Assembly (NCBI GenBank): GCA_021831565.1
Contig: JAKBMM010000008.1
Coordinates: forward strand, 11,964-75,963
Source of the DNA: Planctomycetota bacterium
Lineage (GTDB): Bacteria > Planctomycetota > Phycisphaerae > WQYP01
Reading direction: 5' to 3'
DNA: 64,000 nucleotides
Below, in pieces: positions 39,660 through 49,885 of this stretch. The notes beneath the pieces are model-generated. The model had not been told where the DNA came from and searched no databases. It saw only the letters and a list, made by a program, of their open reading frames with translations. The position numbers were made by a program, and so were the translations under genes. How positions within the stretch are numbered: the stretch's first letter is position 1; each line of letters begins with the position of its first letter.

Positions 39660-40106
39660 TCATGCCGGCATATCCCTCCCGTGTTCGACTTTGCCGCACC
39701 TATTCATGGCCTGGTTGGCCAATTCATCGGGCCTGTGGTTATCGTCACGGTATACGTGCTCAATGGACCATTTTGGAACACACCGCAGCAGGTCGATGGC
39801 CCGCTGATAAAGTGGTTGTAAATCGGGACTTTTCACCCGGTAGCGCCCCTGGATCTGCCGGACCACCAGCTCGCTGTCGGCACGAATGATCAACCGCCCA
39901 ACGCCCAGTTTGCAGGCCATTTCCAAGCCGCGCAGCAATGCCGTGTATTCGGCCACGTTGTTGGTGTGTTTGCCGATAAATTCGCCAAGTTCATAGATTA
40001 ACCGGCCATCCGGCGTCCGCAGCGTCAGACCAATTCCCGCCGGGCCGGGGTTGCCCCGAGAGCCGCCGTCGAACTGGAGAATAAGTTCGCTCTCATCTTG
40101 CGACAT
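39660..40106 (-). CDS. rnhA: Ribonuclease HI
   Basis: FDGGSRGNPGPAGIG ... NNVAEYTAL ... DSELVV ... DDNHRPD catalytic D/E/D/D pattern. Confidence 0.8.
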   Translation of the reverse strand: MSQDESELILQFDGGSRGNPGPAGIGLTLRTPDGRLIYELGEFIGKHTNNVAEYTALLRGLEMACKLGVGRLIIRADSELVVRQIQGRYRVKSPDLQPLYQRAIDLLRCVPKWSIEHVYRDDNHRPDELANQAMNRCGKVEHGRDMPA

Positions 40107-40185
40107 GGTTCACTTGCCATCGACCGAAAAAAATCATATCTGCAGGATTTCGAACGGCGGGTGATGGTGCCGTGGCCCCTGCGGA

Positions 40186-40953
40186 TCATCCGGGAGAAGT
40201 CACATGATGCGGAATCATTTCCGGCAGATACAAGATCCGACCACAGGAGTGGCAGCGGCGGACCTCGTCGCGACCCCGTAAGAGGTTCACGTCTTCCATG
40301 TTCAGGCTCATGAAACAACCGCCGCAGGTGATGGTGTCCAGGTCATTTTCATCGAATTCGACCGGAGCCATGACCTGGCCGGGATATTTCTTTCGGATGC
40401 GTTCGTACTGCTGCGAGGCGTCGCGGGGGATTTTGTCCAACGCGATTCTGCGGGATTCCCGCAATTTTTGCATTCGCGATTCAATATCGCAAACCCGCTG
40501 GGCATTGAGCTTTTGTAATTCCGCGAGGGCGGCCTCGGCGGCGGCGAGCTGCCGGTGGGCGGATTGCAGATTCTCCTCATTTTTCTGCTGCTGTTCCATG
40601 CACTCAAGAATCACATCTTCGACTTTTTTGTTTTCCGCTTTTTCGGCGGAAATCTGCACCAGAATGGCGGAATACTCCTTGTTGGTTTTGGTGGTGTTCA
40701 GGGACGTTCGCATCTTTTCCACGTGTTCCTGACGGGCCTTGACATCCAGCTCGTGCGCGGCCATGGTCGCTTGGAGTTTTCTGCCCGCGGATTCCATCTC
40801 CATGATCTCGGCCTTGATCCTGCTGATGTCTGCTTTTGCCGCCACCTGATCTTTGAGCAGCGTGTTCAGGCGATGTTCGAGTTCATGCAGTTCGTTGTCG
40901 ATTTGGTGGAGGTTTAAAAGGGAAGGCAACATCGTAAAATCCGGCATCCGCAC
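40186..40953 (-). CDS. Coiled-coil protein with a C-terminal C4 zinc ribbon (COG1579/DUF164-like)
   Basis: Long coiled coil followed by CGGC ... CHSCGR. Confidence 0.65.
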   Translation of the reverse strand: MRMPDFTMLPSLLNLHQIDNELHELEHRLNTLLKDQVAAKADISRIKAEIMEMESAGRKLQATMAAHELDVKARQEHVEKMRTSLNTTKTNKEYSAILVQISAEKAENKKVEDVILECMEQQQKNEENLQSAHRQLAAAEAALAELQKLNAQRVCDIESRMQKLRESRRIALDKIPRDASQQYERIRKKYPGQVMAPVEFDENDLDTITCGGCFMSLNMEDVNLLRGRDEVRRCHSCGRILYLPEMIPHHVTSPG

Positions 40954-41067
40954 ACCTCATTATTTTCCCATCCACTTAAGTTTACCAAGATGTGTGGAAT
41001 TCCGCCAGTGGAGATAATGGCTGCCCCCCCCGATATCTATCGGGGTTTGCATACGACGGGATCATCG

Positions 41068-43284
41068 TTACTGCACCACAAAATCAACATGCGCCCGCGC
41101 CGGAATGGTGCTCTGCAGCCGGCGCGCTTCCCGCTTATAGGAAATCCGGAAACGGCTCCGGCAGCCAACCGCGCGCAATTCCAGCGTATGCCGACCGGGC
41201 GCCACGCCCCGCAGATCAACCGTATAGGCTCGCCGGAGCGGGGAAATATGGCGGGCAATTATTTTTCCATCGAGCCGCAACGTAAAACTTTGGGGCGCTT
41301 TGCCGACACAGGCCCAGCGCATGGTTATTCGCCGCGGCTTTACCCTCTGTCCCCGGTGCGGCAAACCAATCGCCAGAACGCTGGTGCGGGGATGTTTCTG
41401 GTGATACAGATGAACACAGGCGCGCGTCAGATTGAGATAGTAGAAACCCCAACCGCCGCAGCCGCGATAAGCGCAATCGGTGAGCGAAGTCGGCTCGATG
41501 TCATTATTTAGATGTACATTATAACAGTCGACATAAATGTTATGTTTGGAGCCGTAGCCGGCGCCCGCCGGTTGGCCGGCGAATTCATTCCACTGGCAAA
41601 TCGTCAGGAAATGCGGGCGGTATTGGAGCGCGGCATTGAATTCCCTTAAATATGTGAACCCATTGTCTCTGGCCCGCGCCTCCGGGAAAAGCCAGCCGCC
41701 CTTTCCGAAAAATGCCGGTGTGATCGTCAGCGACTCGCATTGGCCGTGGTTGTATGTGGGAATCGGCCGAATCGAGCCGTCCATCCACGACCAGTAACCG
41801 GCCTGGACCAGCGCCGGCGATTCCTGCAACTGCGAACCCATCCAGCGAACCGTAAATTGCCGCTGATTGATCGGCGGCTCACCGCCGGCCAGCTTGCCGG
41901 CCAAATAGGCCGGGCCACTGCCGTTAAACAGCACGATCAGCGGCTTGTGCCGGTAATGGAGCCACAAACCGGCCATTCGTGGGTTCGCAACGTAGTTGCG
42001 GTAAATCCACGCCATCTCTTCGTTGAGCGCGGTGGTGCTGGCGGGCGCTGGACCATTATCAAGCCCCAAAAGCAATGTGACTTGCGGTGTGGCAATGCCC
42101 TGGAGCCTCATTTTGGCGTATGTTTTCATCAGCACGGTGGTCGCGTGGATCAACTCTCGGACGTTTGACGCCCGCTGGCGCCAATGGTTCTTGCCCCAAA
42201 GGTTATTGGACCAGTCAATCAAAATGTAATTGATCCCCATTTTATCGAGCCAAAGGGCATGCTGGCGTATGACCAGGGGATTGATGGATGGATATTTTCC
42301 GAGCAGCGGTATCGCTTCGGCCGTGCTCCAGGTCACATTGAGCGGCGTGAACCACGGTTCGTAATCAATTCCCACCAAATGCCGCCGCGGCGCCGGTACG
42401 CTGAATTTACGGACCGTCACACGCACCGAAACGGTATTGGATATCAACGCTTTAGCCGGCATCGGATTTCCGACCGGGAAGTTCCATCTATAGAGGCCCG
42501 GCCATCCCTGAATGGATCCGCCCCATACACCCCCTCCGACCGGAGCGATTACCTGCACGGGTTGCGCGAGTTTTGTCGCTCCAGTCGTGGCGGCCGGCCA
42601 ACCGGCGGGTTTGACCGCAAAACAACGCCAGGCGCGATTGGTGATAATCACTTTTGTACCGGTGGTGCTATGAATGGTCAGCCGGGCCAGTAGACCCGCC
42701 GGACCAGTGTCGTTGTAACCCCGGACCGCGAGTAAATTTTCCCCCGGCTTGAGGAAGCGTCCCAGATGATGCAGGTGGGCCACACGCCACAGACCGCCGG
42801 AACCGATCTCGTGTCCGTTAAGCCAGGCCGTACACGTGTCGTCGCATATCAGCAATATTCTGGCCGCATGGACGCCTGGGCCAAGATGAAATTGTCTCTG
42901 GAAATAAACTTTTTGATGATCCGCGAGGTTCTGGGACCAGATCCAATCGGCGGGGGGAACATGCCGGGCGGGGGAGAGGGCAACTTGAATCCGGGCGATC
43001 CCCGGCTGTGGCAGCGGCAGCAGCAGAGTCGCCAGGCCGGCTTGCTTCGTCTTGGCCGGCGCGCCCCATTGCTTGCCGTTGAGATAGGGCCATAAGGTAA
43101 CGCCTTGCATCCGTTTGCCGCGTCCCGGCGTCAACCGGGCGGTGACGAAAACCGTTCGGCCCTCTCCAACCGAGGCGCGATTGACGCTGATGCGCAGGGC
43201 CGCGGCGCCGTTCGTCCGCCCCCCGGCGCCGAGCAAAACGACCAGGAGAACCGGGGTAAATAGTTTGTAATAGCGATTCGTCAT
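41068..43284 (-). CDS. Secreted glycoside-hydrolase-like protein with an N-terminal galactose-binding-like/CBM module
   Basis: Signal peptide MTNRYYKLFTPVLLVVLLGAGG, followed by a beta-sandwich-like segment and then a TIM-barrel-like region (GIDYEPWF...NYILIDWSN). The family cannot be assigned by eye. Confidence 0.45.
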   Translation of the reverse strand: MTNRYYKLFTPVLLVVLLGAGGRTNGAAALRISVNRASVGEGRTVFVTARLTPGRGKRMQGVTLWPYLNGKQWGAPAKTKQAGLATLLLPLPQPGIARIQVALSPARHVPPADWIWSQNLADHQKVYFQRQFHLGPGVHAARILLICDDTCTAWLNGHEIGSGGLWRVAHLHHLGRFLKPGENLLAVRGYNDTGPAGLLARLTIHSTTGTKVIITNRAWRCFAVKPAGWPAATTGATKLAQPVQVIAPVGGGVWGGSIQGWPGLYRWNFPVGNPMPAKALISNTVSVRVTVRKFSVPAPRRHLVGIDYEPWFTPLNVTWSTAEAIPLLGKYPSINPLVIRQHALWLDKMGINYILIDWSNNLWGKNHWRQRASNVRELIHATTVLMKTYAKMRLQGIATPQVTLLLGLDNGPAPASTTALNEEMAWIYRNYVANPRMAGLWLHYRHKPLIVLFNGSGPAYLAGKLAGGEPPINQRQFTVRWMGSQLQESPALVQAGYWSWMDGSIRPIPTYNHGQCESLTITPAFFGKGGWLFPEARARDNGFTYLREFNAALQYRPHFLTICQWNEFAGQPAGAGYGSKHNIYVDCYNVHLNNDIEPTSLTDCAYRGCGGWGFYYLNLTRACVHLYHQKHPRTSVLAIGLPHRGQRVKPRRITMRWACVGKAPQSFTLRLDGKIIARHISPLRRAYTVDLRGVAPGRHTLELRAVGCRSRFRISYKREARRLQSTIPARAHVDFVVQ

Positions 43285-44666
43285 ATAGATGATCTCCCGG
43301 AACAAGACGCCGGCGCCAGCGGTTGCGCCGGTCGAATGACTTCCATTCCGCCCATGTAGGGGCGAAGAGCGGTGGGAACCGTCACAGATCCATCATTATT
43401 TTGATATAGTTCGATAATAGGAATCAGGAGGCGCGGGCTGGCCGCGACGGTGTTGTTCAGGGTGTGGCAGAAGTGCGTTTCGCCGCCGGTGGCGCGGTAA
43501 CGCAGATTGCAACGCCGGGCCTGAAAATCATAAAGCCGACTGGCGCTGTGCGTTTCGCCGTAACCGTTGCGCGAAGGCATCCAGGTTTCAATGTCAATCA
43601 TGGAGGCATTCTTGGGGCCCAGATCGCCGGCGCAGCACTGCAGCACGCGGTAGGGAAGATTCAACCGTTGCAGCACCAGCTCGCTGTTGGCGAGAATCTC
43701 CCGGTGCCAGCGGATGGATTCCTCGCGGCTGTTGCGGCAGATAATCACCTGCTCAACCTTGTCGAATTGATGGATGCGGTAAAGGCCGGTGGTGTCCTTG
43801 CCGTAGGTTCCGGCCTCGCGGCGGAAGCAGGTGCTCAAGGTGATAAGTTTCAATGGTAGTTCGGCTTCATCAAGAATCTCGTCCATACGCCAGGCGGTCA
43901 GGCCGACTTCACCCGTGCCGGTAAGAAAGCGCTCATCCTGTTCTGTTTCATGGACCTCGCCGACACGATAAGCCTGTTCACGGCCGGCGGGAAAAAAGCC
44001 CGTGCCGCACATGGCCGCTTCGCGCACGAGCACCGGAACCGTCAGGGGCGTAAAGCCCTTTTCTAAAACCATGATGTCCCAGGCCAGGCGCAAAACAGCC
44101 TGGTGGAGCATGGCCCCGGCGCCGACGAGGAAATAGCTGCGGGAGCCGGCGATTTTCGCGCCGCGCGACGCGTCGATCATTCCCAGGCTTACGCCCAGGT
44201 CCACATGCCCGCGGGCGGTGAAATCGAACTGCCGAATCTCGCCCCAGCGGCGCAACTCCACGTTGTCCTCCGACGATTTGCCGGGGGGGACGTCCGCATC
44301 GGGCGGGAGGGGAATCGTCAGCAGAAGATCTTTGATTCGCGGCTCGATGAGCCGCAGCTCTTCTTCCAGCGAAACGGCTTGTCGCTTGAGCGCGGTGGAT
44401 TGATGGCGCCATTGCGACAAGTTGGCGTCGGCTTCCAGTTGTTCCCGTTTTTGCTGGTCCTTTTCCATCTTGATGCGTCCCATGAGCGGGCCGATCCGCT
44501 GGGAAAGACGGTTTTGTTCGGCGGCGATATCCTGTATCCGCCGGGCCAGCTCGCGGCGGCGCGCGTCGAGTGCGAGCAGCGAATCCAGATCAATTGGGAT
44601 ATTTTTTGCCAGAGCGCCCCGCCGCACGAGGTCGGTATGCTCGCGAATGAATTTGATGTCCAACAT
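43281..44666 (-). CDS. serS: Seryl-tRNA synthetase
   Basis: N-terminal coiled-coil arm and the class II core (motifs 2 and 3: FRREAG, GSRSYF-type), 461 aa. Confidence 0.9.
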   Translation of the reverse strand: MLDIKFIREHTDLVRRGALAKNIPIDLDSLLALDARRRELARRIQDIAAEQNRLSQRIGPLMGRIKMEKDQQKREQLEADANLSQWRHQSTALKRQAVSLEEELRLIEPRIKDLLLTIPLPPDADVPPGKSSEDNVELRRWGEIRQFDFTARGHVDLGVSLGMIDASRGAKIAGSRSYFLVGAGAMLHQAVLRLAWDIMVLEKGFTPLTVPVLVREAAMCGTGFFPAGREQAYRVGEVHETEQDERFLTGTGEVGLTAWRMDEILDEAELPLKLITLSTCFRREAGTYGKDTTGLYRIHQFDKVEQVIICRNSREESIRWHREILANSELVLQRLNLPYRVLQCCAGDLGPKNASMIDIETWMPSRNGYGETHSASRLYDFQARRCNLRYRATGGETHFCHTLNNTVAASPRLLIPIIELYQNNDGSVTVPTALRPYMGGMEVIRPAQPLAPASCSGRSSI

Positions 44667-44696
44667 GCGCGCGTCCGCAACTGTGTACAGGCCTTG

Positions 44697-45686
44697 TCAC
44701 CGGGCGGGGATGACCAGTCGTTCGCCGACGCGGATATCGCCGGGATTGTTCCCAATTACGCGGCGATTGGCGCGGTAAATGCGCCGCCAGAGGGAGGTCC
44801 GATGATAGAATTTCCGGGCGATGCGATACAAGTTGTCGCCCCGGCGTACGATGTAACTATGCACTCCGGTGCGGTGGGAAATGCCAGGGGCGATCGTGCC
44901 GGTGTGCCGCGATGCCAATGGGGGGGCGGCGGGAAGCCGGATTCGCCGCCCCACCAGCATCCGTCGCGGATCGAGGCCCGGATTGGCTCGTTCGATCGCC
45001 CGCACCATACGGGAACTTCCATATACACGCTGGGCTATGGACGTGAGAGTGTCGCCGTGGCGCACCACGTAGGTCCGCGCGACCGTGCGATGTTGACTCG
45101 CCGGAATTCCCTTACCGCTTCGGCCGGTGGTTAAGCGATGCTGGTGATGATGCGTGGCACTAATTGAAGTGCTCGAAAGACTCGAACCGCCAACAGCTCC
45201 ACTCCCGATGCCGGTGTTGGAAGAAGCCGTTCCGGGTGTCTCCTGGGGTGCCGGTATTCCCTGATTGGACAACGTTCCCGTTCCGTCGGAAGTGTTGCCG
45301 GTGGGCGATTCCGCGGGTTGCACCGTGGACGTCGCCAGAGAACCATTGCTGGTTACACTAGTGGCCGAGTTGGACGGCGGCGGGGCGCCGCCTGCCAGCT
45401 CCGCGGAAGCCGCCTGCGTGGTGGCGGAGGGTGGATTGATAACGCCAGTGAGTTGATCGGCTTGGCCGGTTTGACCCGGTGGGGGGGGTATAACTTCCGC
45501 GCCTGGTTGGGAACTCGGTGTCGACGAGGTCGATGAGTTGGTCACCGGAATCAGAGCCGGTTGCGGACCCGGCAGCATATTTTCGGATGCTGCTTTCCGG
45601 GAATGTTTCGCAATGGCAAAGTAAACCACCACCAGAAGTATGACTACAAAAACGGATACCAGTCCAACCTTTACATCGGTACGCAT
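44697..45686 (-). CDS. LysM domain protein with a Ser/Thr/Pro-rich low-complexity linker
   Basis: N-terminal TM helix (VGLVSVFVVILLVVVYFAI), an S/T/G/P-rich region, and two C-terminal LysM repeats (YVVRHGDTLTSIAQRVYG; YIVRRGDNLYRIARKFY). Confidence 0.6.
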   Translation of the reverse strand: MRTDVKVGLVSVFVVILLVVVYFAIAKHSRKAASENMLPGPQPALIPVTNSSTSSTPSSQPGAEVIPPPPGQTGQADQLTGVINPPSATTQAASAELAGGAPPPSNSATSVTSNGSLATSTVQPAESPTGNTSDGTGTLSNQGIPAPQETPGTASSNTGIGSGAVGGSSLSSTSISATHHHQHRLTTGRSGKGIPASQHRTVARTYVVRHGDTLTSIAQRVYGSSRMVRAIERANPGLDPRRMLVGRRIRLPAAPPLASRHTGTIAPGISHRTGVHSYIVRRGDNLYRIARKFYHRTSLWRRIYRANRRVIGNNPGDIRVGERLVIPAR

Positions 45687-46029
45687 GAGACACCCCGAAC
45701 CTGGTTGCACTCGGCTCAAATCCCCGGAAGCCTGCCGATTTTGCGCCAGCGGCAACCTTTTGCTGACAGGCCCATGGCCGGGCGCGGTTCCGGCACACGC
45801 CGGCTTCGCGCACGACAGATAATACATTAGTCCAACGGCGGGTAATCAACAAGCGACTACACTTAGCGTTTAGCGTTGCAGCGCCTTTTCAGCCTCGGCG
45901 CGGCAGGCTATCATCCTTTCGCGTATACGTTGTGTTTTTCAGCTGGGTATGGATGTGTCGGAGAAAATCCAGCAGACAGTTGATGGATCTCGTCCCGGTG
46001 ACCGGGGCGGCCGGTTGCGCCGCAATTTG

Positions 46030-49000
46030 ATGTGGATGTTGCCAGGTGGTGCGCTGCTGGCGGCGCTGGGCGCGTTGAGTTTGCCGTCTTTGTTGGCGCA
46101 AAGCGTGCCGTCGCCAATTTCACCCACGGTATTTCCCGTCCTCCATCCGCACAGCAGTATCAATATCCCCATGACCGTTTCGGCCGAGCATACCTCTGTC
46201 TGGGTTACCGCGGATGGAATCCAGCATATTCTGCTCGTCGGCGACGTGCATATCAGCGTGGGGTATCGTCGGCTATGGGCCAGGCAGGCGGCTCTGTGGC
46301 TGATGCCGGTATCGTCCGGGGCGACGGGAGTTTACAAGGCTACGATCTATTTGCAGGGTGACGCCCAGGTCAGCGAGGGGCCCCTCGGCCAGGCTCTAAG
46401 CACGGCCCCGGAAATGCTCATCAGCACCCGCATCAGCGCGCGGGTGCGCCTCGCGGGTGCGGCGCCGGTGGCGCAGGTGGAATCGTCCTCGCCGGTGGTG
46501 GTGCGCGGCCGTGCGATCATGCGACAACTTGCCCGGCGGCCCGCGCCTCTGGCGTTTATCCCCACGGTTGAAATCCAGCCGCTGGAAATGGCGTTGACGC
46601 AAGGCTGGCTTGCCCGCGGGTCGAATAATAAACGGATCGTCATACCTACACGAATAGTCGTCCAAAAACCTCCTACCGTTCCTCCCAGGCATCCGCTCGT
46701 TGCGCCGGCGCCGAGCGTCTGGGCCACCGGGAAAGTGATTCAGGTTCGCCGGATCGGCAACCAGAGAGTCACGGTGGTGCAGGGGCGATTCTTTCTGGTG
46801 CGCCAGACGCACCATGGCCAACCGCCCCTGGAACTGCGGGCCAACGACGCCGTGCTTTTCAGTCCCGTCGGGACCGCCGCGCCCGGCGGAAAATCCACGG
46901 TCGAACCCAGCGCGGGGATTTCACAGAAGGTGCAAGGCGTGTATATGCAAGGCGACGTGACCATCACCCTGGGAGATCAAACCGTCCACGCCGACAAGGT
47001 TTACTATGATTTTACGACCAACCGGGCCATTATGCTCAACGCGGTTCTGAGCACGTACGATTTGAAGAATAAATCGCCGTTATACATGCGGGCCAAAGAA
47101 ATTTTGCAACTGGCGCAGGGGCGGTTCGCGGCCAAGTCGGTCAAACTTTCCACCGATGAATTCTACGTGCCGCACTATTACATCGGCGCCAGCGCCATGA
47201 CCTTGCGAAGCCTTTCCGGACCGGTGCGGCGCACGCCGGGTCCCCTGCGCCGCAATGTTTACGCGTTTACCGCCACGAACGTGACCGGCAATATTATGGG
47301 GGTGCCGTTTTTTTACTGGCCCTACCTGGCCGGCACCACGCGGCGGCCGACGACTCCGCTCCGCCGGCTCAACGTCGGTTTTTCGAGCATTTACGGCGCT
47401 ACGCTTGAAACTGGCTGGAATCTGTTTGATCTCGTCGGCTACCCGGCTCCGAAAAACGTCCACGCCAGACTGAATGTGGATTATTTCTCCAAACGGGGAC
47501 CGGGCATTGGCGTGGATTCCCGGTATCAATTCCATGACGCCCATGGCGTGATTCACAGCTTCATCATGTACGATAAAGGCACTGACAATCTGGGGGCCAA
47601 CCGCGAAAATCTGCCGTTACCCACGCATGTCCGGGGATACATCTCCGCACGACACATGCAAAAGCTCTCCCGCCAATGGACGCTGGCGGTGGAAGGATCC
47701 TATATTTCGGACCCGAACTTTCTGGAACAATATTTCCCATACGAATACGCCACTTCCTCCGAACAGCAGACCTCCATTTATCTCAAGCAGCAGCACCATA
47801 CGGAAGCTTTTACCATACTGGGAAAATGGAATCTCAATAACTTTGTCTCCAACGCCGACCTGGAAAACAACGAATTTTCCGTGCAGCGTTACCCCGAAGC
47901 CCATTATTGGCGCGTGGGCGACAAACTTCTGGGGTTGTTCACCTACTACAGCGACAGCAGCGGCGGGCTGCTCAATGATAAATTCAGTCAGACCACGCCT
48001 GCCACCCGCGGATTGCAACTGAATTTCCCCGGCATGAACCCCAACGAAACCTTCGCCAATTATTATCTCAACAACGGCTGGACCAGCCGCAATATCGCCC
48101 GCTTTGATTCCCGCCAGGAAATCGACATGCCACTGGCGGCGGGACCGATTCAGTTCGTACCTTTCGTTACCGGTCGCCTTACCTATTGGGATACCCGGTT
48201 CCCCGTGGCCAACAACCAGACCGGCGGCGGCACCACCCGCGCCTGGGGAATGACAGGCTTTCGATCTACCGCCACGTTCTGGCGGGTATACAACGGTGTG
48301 AACTCCAATTTTCTTGACGTGCATGGCTTGCGCCACGTAATTGAGCCGGAGGTCGATCTGTTCGTATCCGGCACCAACGTTCCGCGCGGTTATCTGCAGC
48401 CCTTCGATCGCAACGTGGAGGGCATTACCAACGCCAGCGGCGCCCAATTCGCCCTGCGTCAGGTTTTCCAAACCAAACGCGGTCTGCCCGGCAAGCGGCA
48501 GATGGTTAACTGGATCACGCTGAATATCTCCGCCGACATGTTTTGGAACCAGTCCCAGTCCCAAACGGGTCCTTTCAACGCCGCCAACCCCATGTATGCC
48601 GGTGCTCCCTTTTCCACCAGCGATTTCGGACAGCCGTTGATCGGTTACTACGATTTTAGCCGGCCCGAACTAAGTCAAATCGCCGACAGTCTCAACGCCA
48701 GTTTCACTTGGCGCGCCGGGGCGAATGTCCGTTTTCTGGGCGACGAAAGTTACAATATGGACTTGCGGAGGCTGGAAGAGGTCGATACCGGCATGGCGGT
48801 GGATCAGTCGCCCAGCTTGAGTTATTTTCTTGGCAACCGCTATATTGAGGCGTTGACGACTGATCAATGGACCTTTGCGGTCAATTACCGATTGACGCGC
48901 AAGTATTCCATTTCGGCGGCCGAAAGCTATGATTTTTCACTTGTCCATAACATTGCTTCTGAAATCACCGTGGTGCGACAGTTGCCGCGTCTTTATGCCG

Positions 49001-49125
49001 GTTTGACCCTTAGCTACAACGCCGACACGCGCAGCACGGCCGTTTTTGTGAGTCTCTGGCCGGCCGGCTACCCGCAATTCGGGATTACCAGCCCTACCGC
49101 CCTGGCCGCCGCGCCGCAGTATTAA
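46030..49125 (+). CDS. Large outer-membrane protein, LptD/OstA-like (LPS assembly)
   Basis: Signal peptide after MWMLPGGALLAALGALSL, an OstA-like N-terminal segment (GDVTITLGDQTVHADKVYYDF), a long beta-rich C-terminal region, and a terminal aromatic residue (..APQY). Confidence 0.45.
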   Translation: MWMLPGGALLAALGALSLPSLLAQSVPSPISPTVFPVLHPHSSINIPMTVSAEHTSVWVTADGIQHILLVGDVHISVGYRRLWARQAALWLMPVSSGATGVYKATIYLQGDAQVSEGPLGQALSTAPEMLISTRISARVRLAGAAPVAQVESSSPVVVRGRAIMRQLARRPAPLAFIPTVEIQPLEMALTQGWLARGSNNKRIVIPTRIVVQKPPTVPPRHPLVAPAPSVWATGKVIQVRRIGNQRVTVVQGRFFLVRQTHHGQPPLELRANDAVLFSPVGTAAPGGKSTVEPSAGISQKVQGVYMQGDVTITLGDQTVHADKVYYDFTTNRAIMLNAVLSTYDLKNKSPLYMRAKEILQLAQGRFAAKSVKLSTDEFYVPHYYIGASAMTLRSLSGPVRRTPGPLRRNVYAFTATNVTGNIMGVPFFYWPYLAGTTRRPTTPLRRLNVGFSSIYGATLETGWNLFDLVGYPAPKNVHARLNVDYFSKRGPGIGVDSRYQFHDAHGVIHSFIMYDKGTDNLGANRENLPLPTHVRGYISARHMQKLSRQWTLAVEGSYISDPNFLEQYFPYEYATSSEQQTSIYLKQQHHTEAFTILGKWNLNNFVSNADLENNEFSVQRYPEAHYWRVGDKLLGLFTYYSDSSGGLLNDKFSQTTPATRGLQLNFPGMNPNETFANYYLNNGWTSRNIARFDSRQEIDMPLAAGPIQFVPFVTGRLTYWDTRFPVANNQTGGGTTRAWGMTGFRSTATFWRVYNGVNSNFLDVHGLRHVIEPEVDLFVSGTNVPRGYLQPFDRNVEGITNASGAQFALRQVFQTKRGLPGKRQMVNWITLNISADMFWNQSQSQTGPFNAANPMYAGAPFSTSDFGQPLIGYYDFSRPELSQIADSLNASFTWRAGANVRFLGDESYNMDLRRLEEVDTGMAVDQSPSLSYFLGNRYIEALTTDQWTFAVNYRLTRKYSISAAESYDFSLVHNIASEITVVRQLPRLYAGLTLSYNADTRSTAVFVSLWPAGYPQFGITSPTALAAAPQY

Positions 49126-49146
49126 ATGTGATCGGATCGTGAATAC

Positions 49147-49863
49147 ATGCACGGGTCTCCACTGGCGCGTCGTATCGATCATACGCTTCTTCAGCCGGAA
49201 GCCACGGAACCGCGGATTCGCGCGCTGGTCGCCCAGGCTATCGAGTTTCACTTTGCCGCCGTCTGTGTCAATCCCTGCTGGGTTGATTTGGTCAGCGTTC
49301 TGTTACGCCAGGCCGGCGTGCACGATCCTCCCACCGCCGATTGTCGCGTAGCAACATGTGCATGTGTCGGTTTTCCCTTCGGCGTCTCTCTTCCCGCCAC
49401 CAAAGCCGGCGAAGCCGCGGTGTGCGTGCGGAACGGCGCCGATGAAATCGACATGGTCATTTTTTTGCCGGCGGTTCTTGCCGGCGATCTCGATCGCGCC
49501 CGGCGGGACGTTTTGGAAGTGACGCGGGCGACACGATCTCTCCGGTCGCGCACCGTGGTGAAGGTGATTCTCGAAACCGCGCTCTTGGCGGAAGAGCACA
49601 TGGCGTTGGGTTGCCGCGCGGCACGGGAAGGGGGCGCGGATTTTGTCAAAACCAGCACCGGCTTTCACCCCGCCGGGGGAGCCAGCGTGTTGGCCGTCCA
49701 GTGGCTCAAGAAATATTCCGGCGGTCTGCGGGTTAAAGCCGCCGGCGGCATTCGCGATTGGCCCACCGCCCAAGCCATGCTGGCTGCGGGTGCTGATCGG
49801 CTGGGCTGCTCAGCGAGCGTGGCAATTGTCACCGCGGCGGAAAAGGCCTCTGCTTCCCCGTGA
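49147..49863 (+). CDS. deoC: Deoxyribose-phosphate aldolase
   Basis: IDHTLLQPEAT ... Schiff-base lysine context FVKTSTGF. Confidence 0.75.
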   Translation: MHGSPLARRIDHTLLQPEATEPRIRALVAQAIEFHFAAVCVNPCWVDLVSVLLRQAGVHDPPTADCRVATCACVGFPFGVSLPATKAGEAAVCVRNGADEIDMVIFLPAVLAGDLDRARRDVLEVTRATRSLRSRTVVKVILETALLAEEHMALGCRAAREGGADFVKTSTGFHPAGGASVLAVQWLKKYSGGLRVKAAGGIRDWPTAQAMLAAGADRLGCSASVAIVTAAEKASASP

Positions 49864-49885
49864 CGCGCCACCAGGTGGTGGCGCA

